Assembly: GCA_964519305.1 (NCBI GenBank)
Contig: CAZFHY010000012.1
Span: 32,001-96,000 of the forward strand
Reading direction: 5' to 3'
DNA: 64,000 nt
Origin: Candidatus Undinarchaeota archaeon
GTDB lineage: Archaea > SpSt-1190 > JASMDC01
The notes under the pieces are model-generated. The model was not told the origin of the DNA. It ran no database searches and saw only the letters and a list, made by a program, of their open reading frames with translations. The position numbers and the translations under genes were made by a program. Positions 9,474 through 19,710 of this stretch are shown here, in pieces (positions within the stretch are counted from its first letter, which is position 1; the number at the start of each line of letters is the position of its first letter).

Positions 9474-10274
9474 TCAGGGCGCATCGGCACCGATGACCGT
9501 CATTCTCGGATCATCGATCCCTGCGAGCGCCCCCCGGGTCCTATGGGACGTGTGGGTGACGACCATGGTCTTCCCGGTGAACCTGGAAAGAAGCTCCCTG
9601 ATATCCGCCGGGCAGAGATGGCCGAACCTCTCCAGTGCGGGTCCACGGGAGGGCATGGCGCACTCGGTGACCAGCACCTCGCTCTCCAGCGCATGCTCGG
9701 GGATCCCAGCCAAGGTCGTGTCCCCCGTGACGGTTAACAGCGGTATCTGGCCCGTACACTCTACATCCTCACCGGCGCGGGCCTTTTCGGCGATCTCGTC
9801 CTGGGATAATCCCTTGAGCGACGGCAGGAGGTGCGAGGTCCGACCCCACACGGTCCACCCACGGGACGGGATGGCATGCTGTGTGGTGAAGGGACGCGCC
9901 ACAAGGTCGCTCCGGACCGCGACATCGTCGCTCGGGCGCACGTCCAGTGCCGCGAACAGCGCCGGGATGTGGTCGAACGCCGCCAGCTGGCCGAAGAGCT
10001 CAGGGAGACGCTCGGCGTCCTCTGGTGAGGTCCACACGGGGACCGTCCGCTCAGTCTTCTTGGCGTAGAGGGCGAGCTTTGCACACCCGTGCAGGACATG
10101 ATCGAGATGTGAGTGTGTGAGGAGTACGTTGCGGACGCCCGCCATGTCAGGGAGCATGAAGTCACCCAGGTCCACCAGCAGCCCCCACTCCCGGACGAAC
10201 ACGCACTGTGAATAGAGGCTGTCCGACACGACAAGGGTGAGCTCACCTTGCGAGGTGGCCACCTGAAGCTTCAT
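9474..10274 (-). CDS. MBL-fold hydrolase, RNase Z-like
   Basis: THSHLDH, HAIPSRG, TGDT, VTEC, GHL, THTSHR motifs. Confidence 0.75.
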   Translation of the reverse strand: MKLQVATSQGELTLVVSDSLYSQCVFVREWGLLVDLGDFMLPDMAGVRNVLLTHSHLDHVLHGCAKLALYAKKTERTVPVWTSPEDAERLPELFGQLAAFDHIPALFAALDVRPSDDVAVRSDLVARPFTTQHAIPSRGWTVWGRTSHLLPSLKGLSQDEIAEKARAGEDVECTGQIPLLTVTGDTTLAGIPEHALESEVLVTECAMPSRGPALERFGHLCPADIRELLSRFTGKTMVVTHTSHRTRGALAGIDDPRMTVIGADAP

Positions 10275-10476
10275 GGAGGATGGAGGGGCCGGTAAACCCT
10301 AAATAGGCATGTTCCGTGACATGCAATCGCACGACAGAGGGGCACAAGGCGCATGTGTATATCCTCAGTCCTGAATGCGAGTACACGGGCGATTTCACTG
10401 TTCGCGAGGGACAGAAGCCTTTTTATACTTAAAGCTGCTCCGGGAGCCGCTTCAAGCAGAACAGAAGGGACGGGAC

Positions 10477-11295
10477 ATGTACGAGTTAGAAGTTGCGGCC
10501 TACGAAGACCGCCTTGAGGAATTCGCGACCAACTACGAGAAGGACTTTGGTGTAACTTTCGGCGAACGGCCTAATGTAACCGTCGCTAACGCCAAGGACT
10601 ACCGCGCTTATCTCGAGGACCTGGGCCGGGAGAGCGGTATGGATCTCGGGAGCCCCGAAGAGCTCGATAGCATGGCACAGAGCATGTACTACCAGGCCAT
10701 GGGCATGTACGACGACATCAACCACCAGGTGCTCATCTCAGACTACGTGATGGGCAACGGTGACGATGTGGACCAGGGCATGTTGGACTACGTACTTGCA
10801 CATGAGCTCGTGCACGCCTACCAGCACAACCACGGTACCACCATGAGCACCGTGGAGCTTTCCAAGGAGATCGACAAGAGGTTCGGAAGCGGGGGCGACC
10901 TGCAGAGCCAGCTCCTGTCAGCGACCTGGAGCTTCCCCGTCATGGCCATCGCCGAGGGTCAGGCCGAGTACATGTCGATCAACATGCTCAAGGAGCATGC
11001 CGCGGACAACGAGCGCAACGCTGCCGCCTGGGAGGCCGCTTCAGGTAAGTACCAGGAAGGCTACGTTGGCGCAAAGGACTACTACCGCGAGAACATCGAG
11101 GCGCTCGTCGAGGTGGAAGAGCGCGCCAAGCGCGGTGAGGTCGGGTTCATGGACATGTTCATCCTGGGCCAGATCAAGATGGCCCAGTACGTGCTGGGCA
11201 TCGGCTACATCGAGGATGTCGTCGAGCGCGACGGTACGACCATGGACGAGCTCCTGGACAACGGTCCGGAGACGCTCTCCGACTTCTTGAAGTAG
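10477..11295 (+). CDS. Zincin-like metalloprotease (gluzincin pattern)
   Basis: LAHELVHAYQ plus downstream AEGQAEY. Confidence 0.8.
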   Translation: MYELEVAAYEDRLEEFATNYEKDFGVTFGERPNVTVANAKDYRAYLEDLGRESGMDLGSPEELDSMAQSMYYQAMGMYDDINHQVLISDYVMGNGDDVDQGMLDYVLAHELVHAYQHNHGTTMSTVELSKEIDKRFGSGGDLQSQLLSATWSFPVMAIAEGQAEYMSINMLKEHAADNERNAAAWEAASGKYQEGYVGAKDYYRENIEALVEVEERAKRGEVGFMDMFILGQIKMAQYVLGIGYIEDVVERDGTTMDELLDNGPETLSDFLK

Positions 11296-11315
11296 GAACT
11301 CGTTTCGATCGGATA

Positions 11316-11341
11316 GTCCCCCCGGAAAGGTCCGGGGGGAC
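11316..11341. terminator. Hairpin between convergent genes
   Basis: GTCCCCCCGGA-AAGG-TCCGGGGGGAC. Confidence 0.65.
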
Positions 11342-11356
11342 GTCCTGACTTTTTCT

Positions 11357-12664
11357 CTATCCTCTGACGCATCTGACGAAGTTGTAGATGCGGATGGCGT
11401 CGCCCTGGGGGCCTCGACCGGTCGGGTAGTCGCCGGGATCGCCCGTCTTGGGATCGCTCCGCTGCGCACCTGCGCCGTGCACGTCCATCAGCGTCGCTGT
11501 CGGTGAGAAAGGGGGCATCCGCATAAAACCCAGCGCCTCACCAAAGGCCACGTAGACCGCCGCTTCGGCCCTGCCGCCCTCGAGGTGCGTCGTCCCGGTC
11601 CAGAAGTAGGGATAGTTGGCGTTCCCCCCTTCGTCCGTGATCGATGTCGTCGCGAACACAGGATCGATCGCAGGTGAGCTCGTGGTGTCCGGCGATCTGG
11701 AATAATCGACGATCCCCTGGAGCTCCTTGGCGTTCGGGAGACGCCAGTCATCGTGCCCGGCATGGGACAAGCCCTCGCACCAGGCCAGCGCCTGTTCCCA
11801 GTTCAGACCCCCGTTCCCGTCCTTCCCGGCCTTATGGCCGCCACTGTCCTGCTGGAGCCACATCAGACCTGTGCTGTTGTCGGTGACCGTCCCGTCACCG
11901 TTGTCGGTGAAGGCGTTCTCACCGTAAGGGGTTCCACGCACGTAGCGCACGAACATCAACTTCCCCGTCCGGGACCGCGGGTCCATTTTCGGGTACCCCT
12001 TGATACGCCCGTCCACGAAGTTCACGCCGAACACCGTCGGGTCGTTGTTCATCGTCGTCGATACGTACTCTGTCGAGCTGAGGAACTGGGCATCGATGAG
12101 CCGCTCACCCGCGCTCGTGTCACCGAACCTTAACTCGAACACCGTGGTGTCAAGGTACGGTATGCTCTCGGCCTCCGTCCTACCGGACCCGCCCCGAAAG
12201 TCGATCAGGGTGTACAGTTCCTTGATCGTCGGAACGCGCCAGTCATCATGACCACCGAGCCGGAGCGTGTCCACACCCCGGACCGCCTCATCGAACGTCA
12301 CCTTGTCACCAGGGTCCTTCTGCCACATCAGGCCCGTGTTCAGGTCGGTCACGGTGCCGTCGCCGTTGTCGACATAGGAGAACGAATCGCCCTCGTACTG
12401 CGCGTCCTGTCCATAGAACGCCTCACCAGGTCGCGGGCAGGGTATCTCCTTCGAGGTGTCGTAGCACAGGTCCTGGCCCGTGTCAACTATATCGGCCGTC
12501 CTGACCATCTCCTGGTAGCCGGAGGAACGCTCCGCCTCGCTCAGGGCCGGAGGTGCCGTCGGTTCCGGAGGTCCTCGGGCGAACAACGCAATTGCGACGA
12601 GGACCACAATACCTGCTATAATGAGCGCGCCTCGCCGCCAGCTGTTTTCTTCGGTTCCTTCCAT
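11357..12664 (-). CDS. Membrane-anchored DUF1566 (Lcl) domain protein, two domains
   Basis: DNGDGTVTD..TGLMW and GHDDWR[VL]P..KEL twice; C-terminal VRCVR. Confidence 0.92.
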   Translation of the reverse strand: MEGTEENSWRRGALIIAGIVVLVAIALFARGPPEPTAPPALSEAERSSGYQEMVRTADIVDTGQDLCYDTSKEIPCPRPGEAFYGQDAQYEGDSFSYVDNGDGTVTDLNTGLMWQKDPGDKVTFDEAVRGVDTLRLGGHDDWRVPTIKELYTLIDFRGGSGRTEAESIPYLDTTVFELRFGDTSAGERLIDAQFLSSTEYVSTTMNNDPTVFGVNFVDGRIKGYPKMDPRSRTGKLMFVRYVRGTPYGENAFTDNGDGTVTDNSTGLMWLQQDSGGHKAGKDGNGGLNWEQALAWCEGLSHAGHDDWRLPNAKELQGIVDYSRSPDTTSSPAIDPVFATTSITDEGGNANYPYFWTGTTHLEGGRAEAAVYVAFGEALGFMRMPPFSPTATLMDVHGAGAQRSDPKTGDPGDYPTGRGPQGDAIRIYNFVRCVRG

Positions 12665-12831
12665 GGGGCATCACCTATTACGAATGGGCGCTGAAATGGA
12701 TTAATAGTGTTCTGTGAACACACCGGTAAGCGGTTTCACCCTGCTGAAAGCACGTGTAATCGGTAGGATCACGCCCGGCCATGCTCCCACGTTCGATAAA
12801 GCATTAAAAACTGAGCGGCGTCCGGTACACC

Positions 12832-13398
12832 ATGGGGAAAGAGGACACTTTCAAGGAGGAGGCGGCTGCCGCCTTCCGCGAACTTCTTGGCGCCAGCGTC
12901 ATGGTCGATATGAACAAGCTCGAGTTCATCCGGTTCTTCGGCCCTGGTGCGCCCATCCGGGGATTCGAGGTTAGTGTGTGGAGCACGCGGGCAGAGAGCG
13001 CTCTCCCGGTCCTGACCCGGCCGGTCCTCACCCTGAACATCCGGGCGGTCTGCAACCGCGGGAAGCGGTTGAACATGCTCCTTACCCACGAAGGCTATCT
13101 GTCCGCGCTACAGCGGGACATCCAGTCAGGTGAGAAGGCTTTCGACAAGCGGTACAACATCACCGCCGATAACGAGCAGTTCGCACAGTCCATCGTAGCG
13201 GACCCGGAGGTGCGCCGTCTGGTCGTCGCGACGGACGACGTATCCCGGTTCGAGCGCCTCGAGATCATCTGCAAGGACGATTCCCGTTCCAGCGGTTCCA
13301 CACTGGTCGAGGTGGAGTTCAGGCCCGAGCCGCTCAAGAGCGAGAACCTGCGGTCTGCGATCGAGCTCATCAACTACGTATCAAAGTTCCTGGTCTAG
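12832..13398 (+). CDS. Hypothetical protein
   Basis: ORF with coding-like composition; ATTAAAAA element about 22 nt upstream. Confidence 0.65.
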   Translation: MGKEDTFKEEAAAAFRELLGASVMVDMNKLEFIRFFGPGAPIRGFEVSVWSTRAESALPVLTRPVLTLNIRAVCNRGKRLNMLLTHEGYLSALQRDIQSGEKAFDKRYNITADNEQFAQSIVADPEVRRLVVATDDVSRFERLEIICKDDSRSSGSTLVEVEFRPEPLKSENLRSAIELINYVSKFLV

Positions 13399-13413
13399 CC
13401 GCAGGAAGCGCGC

Positions 13414-14394
13414 TCACGTCAGCCAGGTGCAGTTGAGGAGCCGGCCTGTATCCTCGATGTGCCAGTCCCACACCCAGATCTCGCCGTTCGTGTGATCGAA
13501 CGCCATCCGTGCAACTGGAAGGTCCTGATCGAGGAGCAGACTGAGCTCGTGGTCGTACACCACAACCCGGCCGTTCTCGCGACGTGAGGTCAACCCCCGG
13601 ACACCACCCTCATCGGTCTGCAGCGTAACACCTCCCGTGCTCGGGTCAAGGATGAAGGACGCCCAGTGTCCCGGTGCCGTGATGTTGACGTGGTCGCCTG
13701 CAGGACCACGACTGATCTCGGCGTCAAGTGCCCATGACACTCCAAGGCTATCGTTCAGGTATCGTCGGAGCGCTGCCACACCGGGCCCCGGTACGCTTTC
13801 CCACTCAAAGACGGGTATGGACCCGAACCGGGCGAGGAGCCCGCCCTCACCCTCCTCGAGGATCACTGTCGTTCCGGGCTCGGGGTAGTCCGTGGGGTAT
13901 GTACCGGGAACTAGCACTGCGCCGTTGAGGCATGTACCGTTCCTCAGGCCCATGACATGAGGAGGGCTCATCGTGGAAAGTACAGCAAGGGCGACCTCGA
14001 CCTCCTCCAGGTCTGTGGCCTCGAGCGCACCCTCTTCCGGCCGCCGCTCCAGAAGGGGCACTGCCGTGTCGTCCTGGAGGAGCTCGTACACCGCATGGAC
14101 TCGGCCGCTATCATCGATTATGAATCGACGGTCCAGCGTCTCGATGGTACGCACCTCGATATCACCTTGCTTGCCCTCGCCCGTGCACCAGAGGGACACT
14201 ACGTCCTCATCCTTGATGAGAGTGAAATTATCGCCCGCCCGCATGTTCGCGAGGTCCACGAACAGAGCACCCAGAGCGATCGAATCAGGTGCAGAGGGAT
14301 GGCGTGGGACAACTTCAGGCACGTCCCCTCGCAGAGATAGCGTTAGGAACATGATGGCCAGTACGACCACCAATGCCGCATCGCTACGCTCCAT
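13414..14394 (-). CDS. Hypothetical secreted/membrane-anchored protein
   Basis: N-terminal hydrophobic segment, 326 aa ORF. Confidence 0.65.
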   Translation of the reverse strand: MERSDAALVVVLAIMFLTLSLRGDVPEVVPRHPSAPDSIALGALFVDLANMRAGDNFTLIKDEDVVSLWCTGEGKQGDIEVRTIETLDRRFIIDDSGRVHAVYELLQDDTAVPLLERRPEEGALEATDLEEVEVALAVLSTMSPPHVMGLRNGTCLNGAVLVPGTYPTDYPEPGTTVILEEGEGGLLARFGSIPVFEWESVPGPGVAALRRYLNDSLGVSWALDAEISRGPAGDHVNITAPGHWASFILDPSTGGVTLQTDEGGVRGLTSRRENGRVVVYDHELSLLLDQDLPVARMAFDHTNGEIWVWDWHIEDTGRLLNCTWLT

Positions 14395-14482
14395 GCACTA
14401 TTGCGGGACGGTACACGATAAAAAGGTTTGTGAGACGCGCCTCGGGCATAACAATAAAAGCCTTCGCCGCCTGTCGCTGATC

Positions 14483-16042
14483 ATGGAAGGACGTCTTTTC
14501 AGGAAGCTCGCTGTCATCCTCCTCGCTCTCGCTCTCCTTCCATTCCAAGGTTGCGCTGATTCGACGGACATCTACGTTATCGCGCCTTGGGAGATCATCA
14601 TCGGATGGACGCTCGATGTGCCCCCGCACGCCGTGCTCACCATCACCCTCCCGGACACGGCAACCGTGAAGGGCATCAAGGACGCAGGAGGGGATGTGAA
14701 GTACGAGCAGGACGGAGCGAGCTTCAAGATCACCATCGGCGAGCACCCGCAGATCCTCATCCTCTACGCCATGGGGTACGATGAGAAGCCCTATATCTCA
14801 TACGGAGGGGCCTTCCCCACCGACAACGTCACTGTATGGGTCCCTGAGGACATCTCCATCGTCACCATCAACTCCGAGGAGCAGCCGGTGACGAAGTCGG
14901 GATGGACCGGGTACGTTGCCCCCTCGGACGTGAGCTTCACCGCTATGCTCAAGGAGGCCCGTTACACGCTCTCCCAGACCGTGACCGTCAAGGGTGATAA
15001 TACAAACGACCTCTCGCTCCATGTCCTCGTGGCACAGGAGACGCGGAACCAGGAAGTACTCTCCACGGAACCGGAGGGCATCACGACGGACATCGATGGC
15101 CTCGAGTACGCGAAGATCGAGATGAAGGAGGTAACTGGTACGAAGGTCCACACGATCACGCAGGATGTCCTCGTGCGCACGTCGGACGACCTGGTGGACC
15201 ACCCCCGGGACAACGGTACCAAACCCGACAGCACGTTCTGGTCAGTGACGCCTGCCATGGACCTCCGCCTCAAGGAGATCTCCGATCCCAAGAAGGTGTT
15301 CGACTGGGTGGCCGGTAACATCGAGTACATCAAGATGCAGGACCGGATGGGATCCGACTGGGCCTACACGAACCGCAAGGGCGACTGCAACGAGTTCACT
15401 GACCTCTATCTCGCGTTCACGCGCGCCCAGGGCGTTCCCGGCCTGTCCATGTCCGGTATCACCGGCGACACGGGCCACGCCTGGGCAGCAAGCTACCTTA
15501 ACGGCAAGTGGCGTGGCATCGATGCCACATGGGACATCTTCGGCTACTCGCCCGCATCTCACGTCATTCTATCGTACAGTACTGAGAGCGCTGTATCCAA
15601 TATCAAGTTGTCGTTCTACGGCGACCGCCCCGAGATCGTTCACGACTACACGCTCATGTACAGCAAGGGGACACCCCTCACCACGGGCATCGATACCCTA
15701 CCGCTCGCCGATCTGGAGCGGGGGGAACCGGCCGCCAGCGGTGCCGAGCGCGTTGTCCCCATCGACACGCCCATCGAGGTGACGGACACTCCCTCCCTTA
15801 AAGAGGAGGTCCCCTCTCCCGCCGTGGACGAACCGCACCAGGCCCAGCGCATCGAGCCGGGCAAGGCCGTCGGTAAGTCCTTCGCGAAGCAGAACGTCGA
15901 AGCGGCGTACGACTTCGGTAAGGACGCGGGCGTCACACTCAAGTCGGAGGGGCTATCCCTGTCCACGACCGAGGCCGCCGTTGCGGGCGGTGCAGTCGGG
16001 GGCTTCATACTGATCATGCTTATCGTAGTCTTCAAGAGGTGA
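14483..16042 (+). CDS. Secreted transglutaminase-like protein with C-terminal TM anchor
   Basis: Signal peptide; GDCNEF, GHAW, DATW Cys-His-Asp triad; C-terminal TM plus KR. Confidence 0.88.
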   Translation: MEGRLFRKLAVILLALALLPFQGCADSTDIYVIAPWEIIIGWTLDVPPHAVLTITLPDTATVKGIKDAGGDVKYEQDGASFKITIGEHPQILILYAMGYDEKPYISYGGAFPTDNVTVWVPEDISIVTINSEEQPVTKSGWTGYVAPSDVSFTAMLKEARYTLSQTVTVKGDNTNDLSLHVLVAQETRNQEVLSTEPEGITTDIDGLEYAKIEMKEVTGTKVHTITQDVLVRTSDDLVDHPRDNGTKPDSTFWSVTPAMDLRLKEISDPKKVFDWVAGNIEYIKMQDRMGSDWAYTNRKGDCNEFTDLYLAFTRAQGVPGLSMSGITGDTGHAWAASYLNGKWRGIDATWDIFGYSPASHVILSYSTESAVSNIKLSFYGDRPEIVHDYTLMYSKGTPLTTGIDTLPLADLERGEPAASGAERVVPIDTPIEVTDTPSLKEEVPSPAVDEPHQAQRIEPGKAVGKSFAKQNVEAAYDFGKDAGVTLKSEGLSLSTTEAAVAGGAVGGFILIMLIVVFKR

Positions 16043-16050
16043 AGGTGAAT

Positions 16051-16290
16051 ATGGTATTAGCAGCTGAAATGAACCAGCAGATCGTCAATGCAGGGTTCGC
16101 GGTGTTCTGGGGGCTCATTGGTATCCTTCTCTACGCGATGGGATGTCTTGTGGCCATCAAACTGTGGGACAAAGCCACCCATGGCATAGACGAGATCAAG
16201 GAGCTGAAGGACAACAATACGTCCGTGGCCATGATCTTCTCCGCCCTTATCCTGGGCATGGCCTACGTCCTCGTCAACATCATGAAGTGA
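16051..16290 (+). CDS. DUF350 membrane protein
   Basis: Two TMs with IDEIKELKDNNTSVAMIFSALILG. Confidence 0.85.
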   Translation: MVLAAEMNQQIVNAGFAVFWGLIGILLYAMGCLVAIKLWDKATHGIDEIKELKDNNTSVAMIFSALILGMAYVLVNIMK

Positions 16291-16390
16291 GGATGAGGCA
16301 TTTCCCCGGCGGGCGGGTCGTTAGATTGAACTCGGCCCCGTCCTGTCGGACCCGGGTAGAGAGCGGTAGAAGGTCGGTCGCGTGTATAGC

Positions 16391-17098
16391 ATGAGGGATG
16401 AACGGATGTTGCGGCTCAGGCTCCTCCTCACTGTCATGGTCGCAGCCATGGCGCTCGGAGCATCAGAATCCGTCCTACTTCTTGATGTGTCCCCCGACCA
16501 GCTCTCCCTGGATCCCGGCCAGGCCGCAGAGCTCCATGTCAACATCACAAACTCAGGCGACGAGCATGCGCGGAGCCTCAAGCTCTATGCGTCCGGAACG
16601 CTCGCGCGCAGACTGCCCGATATCGCTCCAAAGAGCTCGCACGAGTTCACCTACAACTACACCGGACAGGCACCCGGGACCGTCGTCCTCGGGCTCTCCC
16701 TGCGCAGGGCCAGACGGGAGCTGGTACGCAGGGACGTGATCATCGATGTCGTTGGCGAGGTGCTGCCCCCGCCCGAGCGCCCCACCGAGCTCCCGACTGT
16801 GACGCCCAACGTAACGTCATCACCGGACACGACGGTCGAGATCAGGCCCCCACCTAGATCCGCACCCCGAGCGGGTCTGAAGGACATGATCACACCCGGG
16901 CCCGTCATTGCCCTGGTCCTGGTAGCTACGCTCGTTCTCGTGCTAATGCCCCACCGTTCGCGTGGTGTTGCCATGCAGCCCCGGCCCGAACAGGCCATGG
17001 GGTACCAGACCGCCTACGGTTACCAACAGACATACCCCCCCCAACAACAAGTGCCGCAACAGCAGACCTATCAGGGGACCTGGCCGCCCGAGCAGTGA
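16391..17098 (+). CDS. Membrane protein with Ig/CARDB-like domain, Pro-rich linker and Gln/Tyr-rich tail
   Basis: Signal peptide, VNITNSG motif, TM segment, low-complexity tail. Confidence 0.65.
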   Translation: MRDERMLRLRLLLTVMVAAMALGASESVLLLDVSPDQLSLDPGQAAELHVNITNSGDEHARSLKLYASGTLARRLPDIAPKSSHEFTYNYTGQAPGTVVLGLSLRRARRELVRRDVIIDVVGEVLPPPERPTELPTVTPNVTSSPDTTVEIRPPPRSAPRAGLKDMITPGPVIALVLVATLVLVLMPHRSRGVAMQPRPEQAMGYQTAYGYQQTYPPQQQVPQQQTYQGTWPPEQ

Positions 17099-18208
17099 TC
17101 ATCCGAACGTCATGAGGGTGACATCCGGTTCCTCGGTGGACGACATTCGCCATAGCCAGGACACCGGTGACACGCGGTCCGGGCCCCCGCTCGCCATCCC
17201 CATCAGAGTCACGACACCGGGCTCGAGCGTCTGGACCGATGCTGGTGTGAATAGCACTGACGACGCTGGCAGGTCCGAGGTCCGTGCGATCGGACCTAGG
17301 TCCCACGCGCGCATGGTCCCGTCCTCACCACCGGTGAAAAGGCGTGCTCCGTCGGTCGCGAGCGCCCAGATAGCGGAGCCCGCTCGTACCGTTGCGAGTT
17401 CCTCGAATGTGGTGCCGTCGAGAATTCGGACCTGACCGTTCTTCAGGCCCACGTAGACGTAACGCGGACCTACAAGGATGGAGTAGACCGCGGTCCCCAT
17501 GTCGATGAAGGCCTGTCGTTCGAAAGTAGTCTTGTCGAACACGCGCAGCCACCCGTCCTGGGCTCCTGTCAGGATCAGGTTCCCGTCGACGACGACCGTC
17601 CAGATGAAGGAAGGGGTCGGGATCCGGGTCACCAGGGTAAGGTCGTCCTGCTCCCAGATGGTCACTCCCCCGGGGGCATCGTCGCATCCACAGGGATTCC
17701 CACCGCCACCTGCATAGATGTAACGACCATCGGCCACGGCCCAGTGGAAGAACGCTTCTCCGAACAGGCGCCCGCGCTCCGCGAGCGTCACCGCGTCGAA
17801 CACGACAACAGGTCCCCCCTCGGTGGCACCGACCACCACCTGCGCGTCTGCGAACACGGAGTGCACGGGAGCGCCCAAGGATAGCCGGGAGCGTTCGACC
17901 AGATCACGCCGGTCCACGACCGCGATCGTGCCGTCATCGTTCCCGATGAATATGTCGCCACCCGATTCGGCAATGGCGGACGACCAGCCGTCGGTGATCG
18001 GGAGGGAGCTCAGCTGGGCATGGTCGCTCGTATCGAACACGCGTAGACGGCCGTTCCCACCGACCGTGTACACCTCGCCGTCGCCCTGGAGGATGCCGAA
18101 CACCTCGCTCGTGTGGACGATCTCGCCCGCAGGCCTCACCTCAAAGGCAATGCTGGGGACCATCAGCAGAAGATATACTATGATGAAAAGCCTATGAAAC
18201 GAGCCCAT
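17099..18208 (-). CDS. Secreted WD40/beta-propeller protein
   Basis: Repeats TGAQDGWLRVFD, VGLKNGQVRILD, TGGEDGTMRAWD; signal peptide. Confidence 0.85.
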   Translation of the reverse strand: MGSFHRLFIIVYLLLMVPSIAFEVRPAGEIVHTSEVFGILQGDGEVYTVGGNGRLRVFDTSDHAQLSSLPITDGWSSAIAESGGDIFIGNDDGTIAVVDRRDLVERSRLSLGAPVHSVFADAQVVVGATEGGPVVVFDAVTLAERGRLFGEAFFHWAVADGRYIYAGGGGNPCGCDDAPGGVTIWEQDDLTLVTRIPTPSFIWTVVVDGNLILTGAQDGWLRVFDKTTFERQAFIDMGTAVYSILVGPRYVYVGLKNGQVRILDGTTFEELATVRAGSAIWALATDGARLFTGGEDGTMRAWDLGPIARTSDLPASSVLFTPASVQTLEPGVVTLMGMASGGPDRVSPVSWLWRMSSTEEPDVTLMTFG

Positions 18209-18305
18209 TCAACGCCCTCCGACCGGTCGACCCTGTCCAATATATTCTAAGTCGTTACAGGGCAATAAACCTTTCGGCAGGGGTGCCCGGAGGGCAGATG
18301 GGTCC

Positions 18306-18527
18306 CTATGATATGGAGTTCAGGAAGTAGCCGGAACGGCGTCCTCGGAGCACCTTACCGACGTCCCCACGGACGAGAAGTCGCTGGAGAGCGCGACCGA
18401 CGTCCCTGTGTCCCATCCCGGTGGCACGGGCGAGGGCTGTCAGCCCGACAATGCGCGTATCACCGTCAGCCTGCATCCCGGCCATCTTATGGATCACTTC
18501 ATTCTCTATCTCTCTCGCTCGGTACAT
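18306..18527 (-). CDS. Small winged-helix protein
   Basis: GLTALARATGMGHRDVGRALQRLLVRGDV HTH-like pattern. Confidence 0.55.
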   Translation of the reverse strand: MYRAREIENEVIHKMAGMQADGDTRIVGLTALARATGMGHRDVGRALQRLLVRGDVGKVLRGRRSGYFLNSIS

Positions 18528-18644
18528 ATTACCTCACCAAGCCCATTCGACTCTACAAGATTGGTTTTAAAGATTCCCTTTAGACGTCCGCAGAGAGGAT
18601 CGTGGGGGATACCAATTTAACTCCTAGCAGGCACACCGTGAACG

Positions 18645-19202
18645 ATGGATAGTGATAGGAGTGGCGTCGTGTTCGTCGCAGCTATCCTCGCAGCTTTCCT
18701 CGCACTCCTCTTTATCACCAATTATCTCGCATCATCCCCCATCGCGGGTGAGGCCGCACGTGACTGTATGTCCGAACCGTCCGGGACACGAAGAGACCAG
18801 TGCTATATCGAGGTGGCTTCGGAACTGGCGCGTACGGACCCTGAGGGTGCAAAACAGCTCTGTCTCGATCAGATAGGTGATCCTGGACGGGTTGAACCCT
18901 GTCTCGCCCAGGCCGCAGTATCCCGGAGCGAAGGGAGCGCAGGAGTGGAGGCGGGGATCACCCTGTGCGTGGGCGACCGCAGGGAAGGCTGCCTGCTGGA
19001 CCTCGCACGCCGTTCCTCACTGAGCGATCCCCAAGGATCGATGTTCGTGTGCCGCGCCATTCAGAACACGGGGCTCCGTGACTCCTGTATCCTCCATATC
19101 GTGAGCACACGCAAGCTCCCACTAGGGCTCGCCGAGGTAGCTTGCAGGAACGTGAACGGCACGATATCCAAGGAGCGATGCCAGCGAATAGCGAGTGATT
19201 AG
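18645..19202 (+). CDS. Membrane-anchored Cys-rich helical repeat protein
   Basis: N-terminal TM; repeated C...RDQCY / C...RDSCI / C...KERC units. Confidence 0.75.
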   Translation: MDSDRSGVVFVAAILAAFLALLFITNYLASSPIAGEAARDCMSEPSGTRRDQCYIEVASELARTDPEGAKQLCLDQIGDPGRVEPCLAQAAVSRSEGSAGVEAGITLCVGDRREGCLLDLARRSSLSDPQGSMFVCRAIQNTGLRDSCILHIVSTRKLPLGLAEVACRNVNGTISKERCQRIASD

Positions 19203-19657
19203 TCGCGGTCCCGCCAGGACCGACGTGCTTTATTCCTACGTTCTACGAGCATCCGGTGGTGGAAACGTCGCTTGACGTTGAAGTAGTATCCCTCAAGGAG
19301 CTGGAGCAGGTCCCATAGTTCAGAGCCCTGGAGCACCTCGACATCCACTGAGTAGTGACCGTCATCGTCCTTGAGGAGCGGCATCACCCTCCGTAGGATT
19401 AGGCGAAGTCGCTGATTGTCAAGCTCCACGCTCCGGTACAGGTCGTTGAGGGTCGACCGCGGGTGGAGGTAGATGAAGAGCATGAGGCGGACCTCGTCCA
19501 CGAAGAGGCGCTGGATCCATACACTAGCATCCAGGACCTCATTGATATGGACATCCTCATCCTCATCGACGGTCACGTCGAAGGGTCTTGTGTGCTGGAG
19601 CTTCAGCTCGAGGGAGATTAGCTCCTCCTCGATGGCCTCCCAGCCCCCGTCCTTCAT
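19199..19657 (-). CDS. Hypothetical protein, possible winged helix
   Basis: Likely start MKDGGWEAIEEEL at 19657. Confidence 0.6.
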   Translation of the reverse strand: MKDGGWEAIEEELISLELKLQHTRPFDVTVDEDEDVHINEVLDASVWIQRLFVDEVRLMLFIYLHPRSTLNDLYRSVELDNQRLRLILRRVMPLLKDDDGHYSVDVEVLQGSELWDLLQLLEGYYFNVKRRFHHRMLVERRNKARRSWRDRD

Positions 19658-19710
19658 TGAACGCGGAAAGGTGCTGAACACATTTAAAGCTACGGACGGA
19701 CGCGTCCGCG

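Noticed and set aside
9004-10068. 354-aa plus-strand ORF and similar long antisense ORFs (e.g. 30456-31355, 56317-57435)
   Set aside because: Shadows of well-supported opposite-strand genes, expected at high GC.
13973-14482. N-terminal extensions in the ORF track (also 7409, 41849, 54769, 54950)
   Set aside because: They overlap divergent genes or promoters; downstream starts match family N-termini and TATA spacing.
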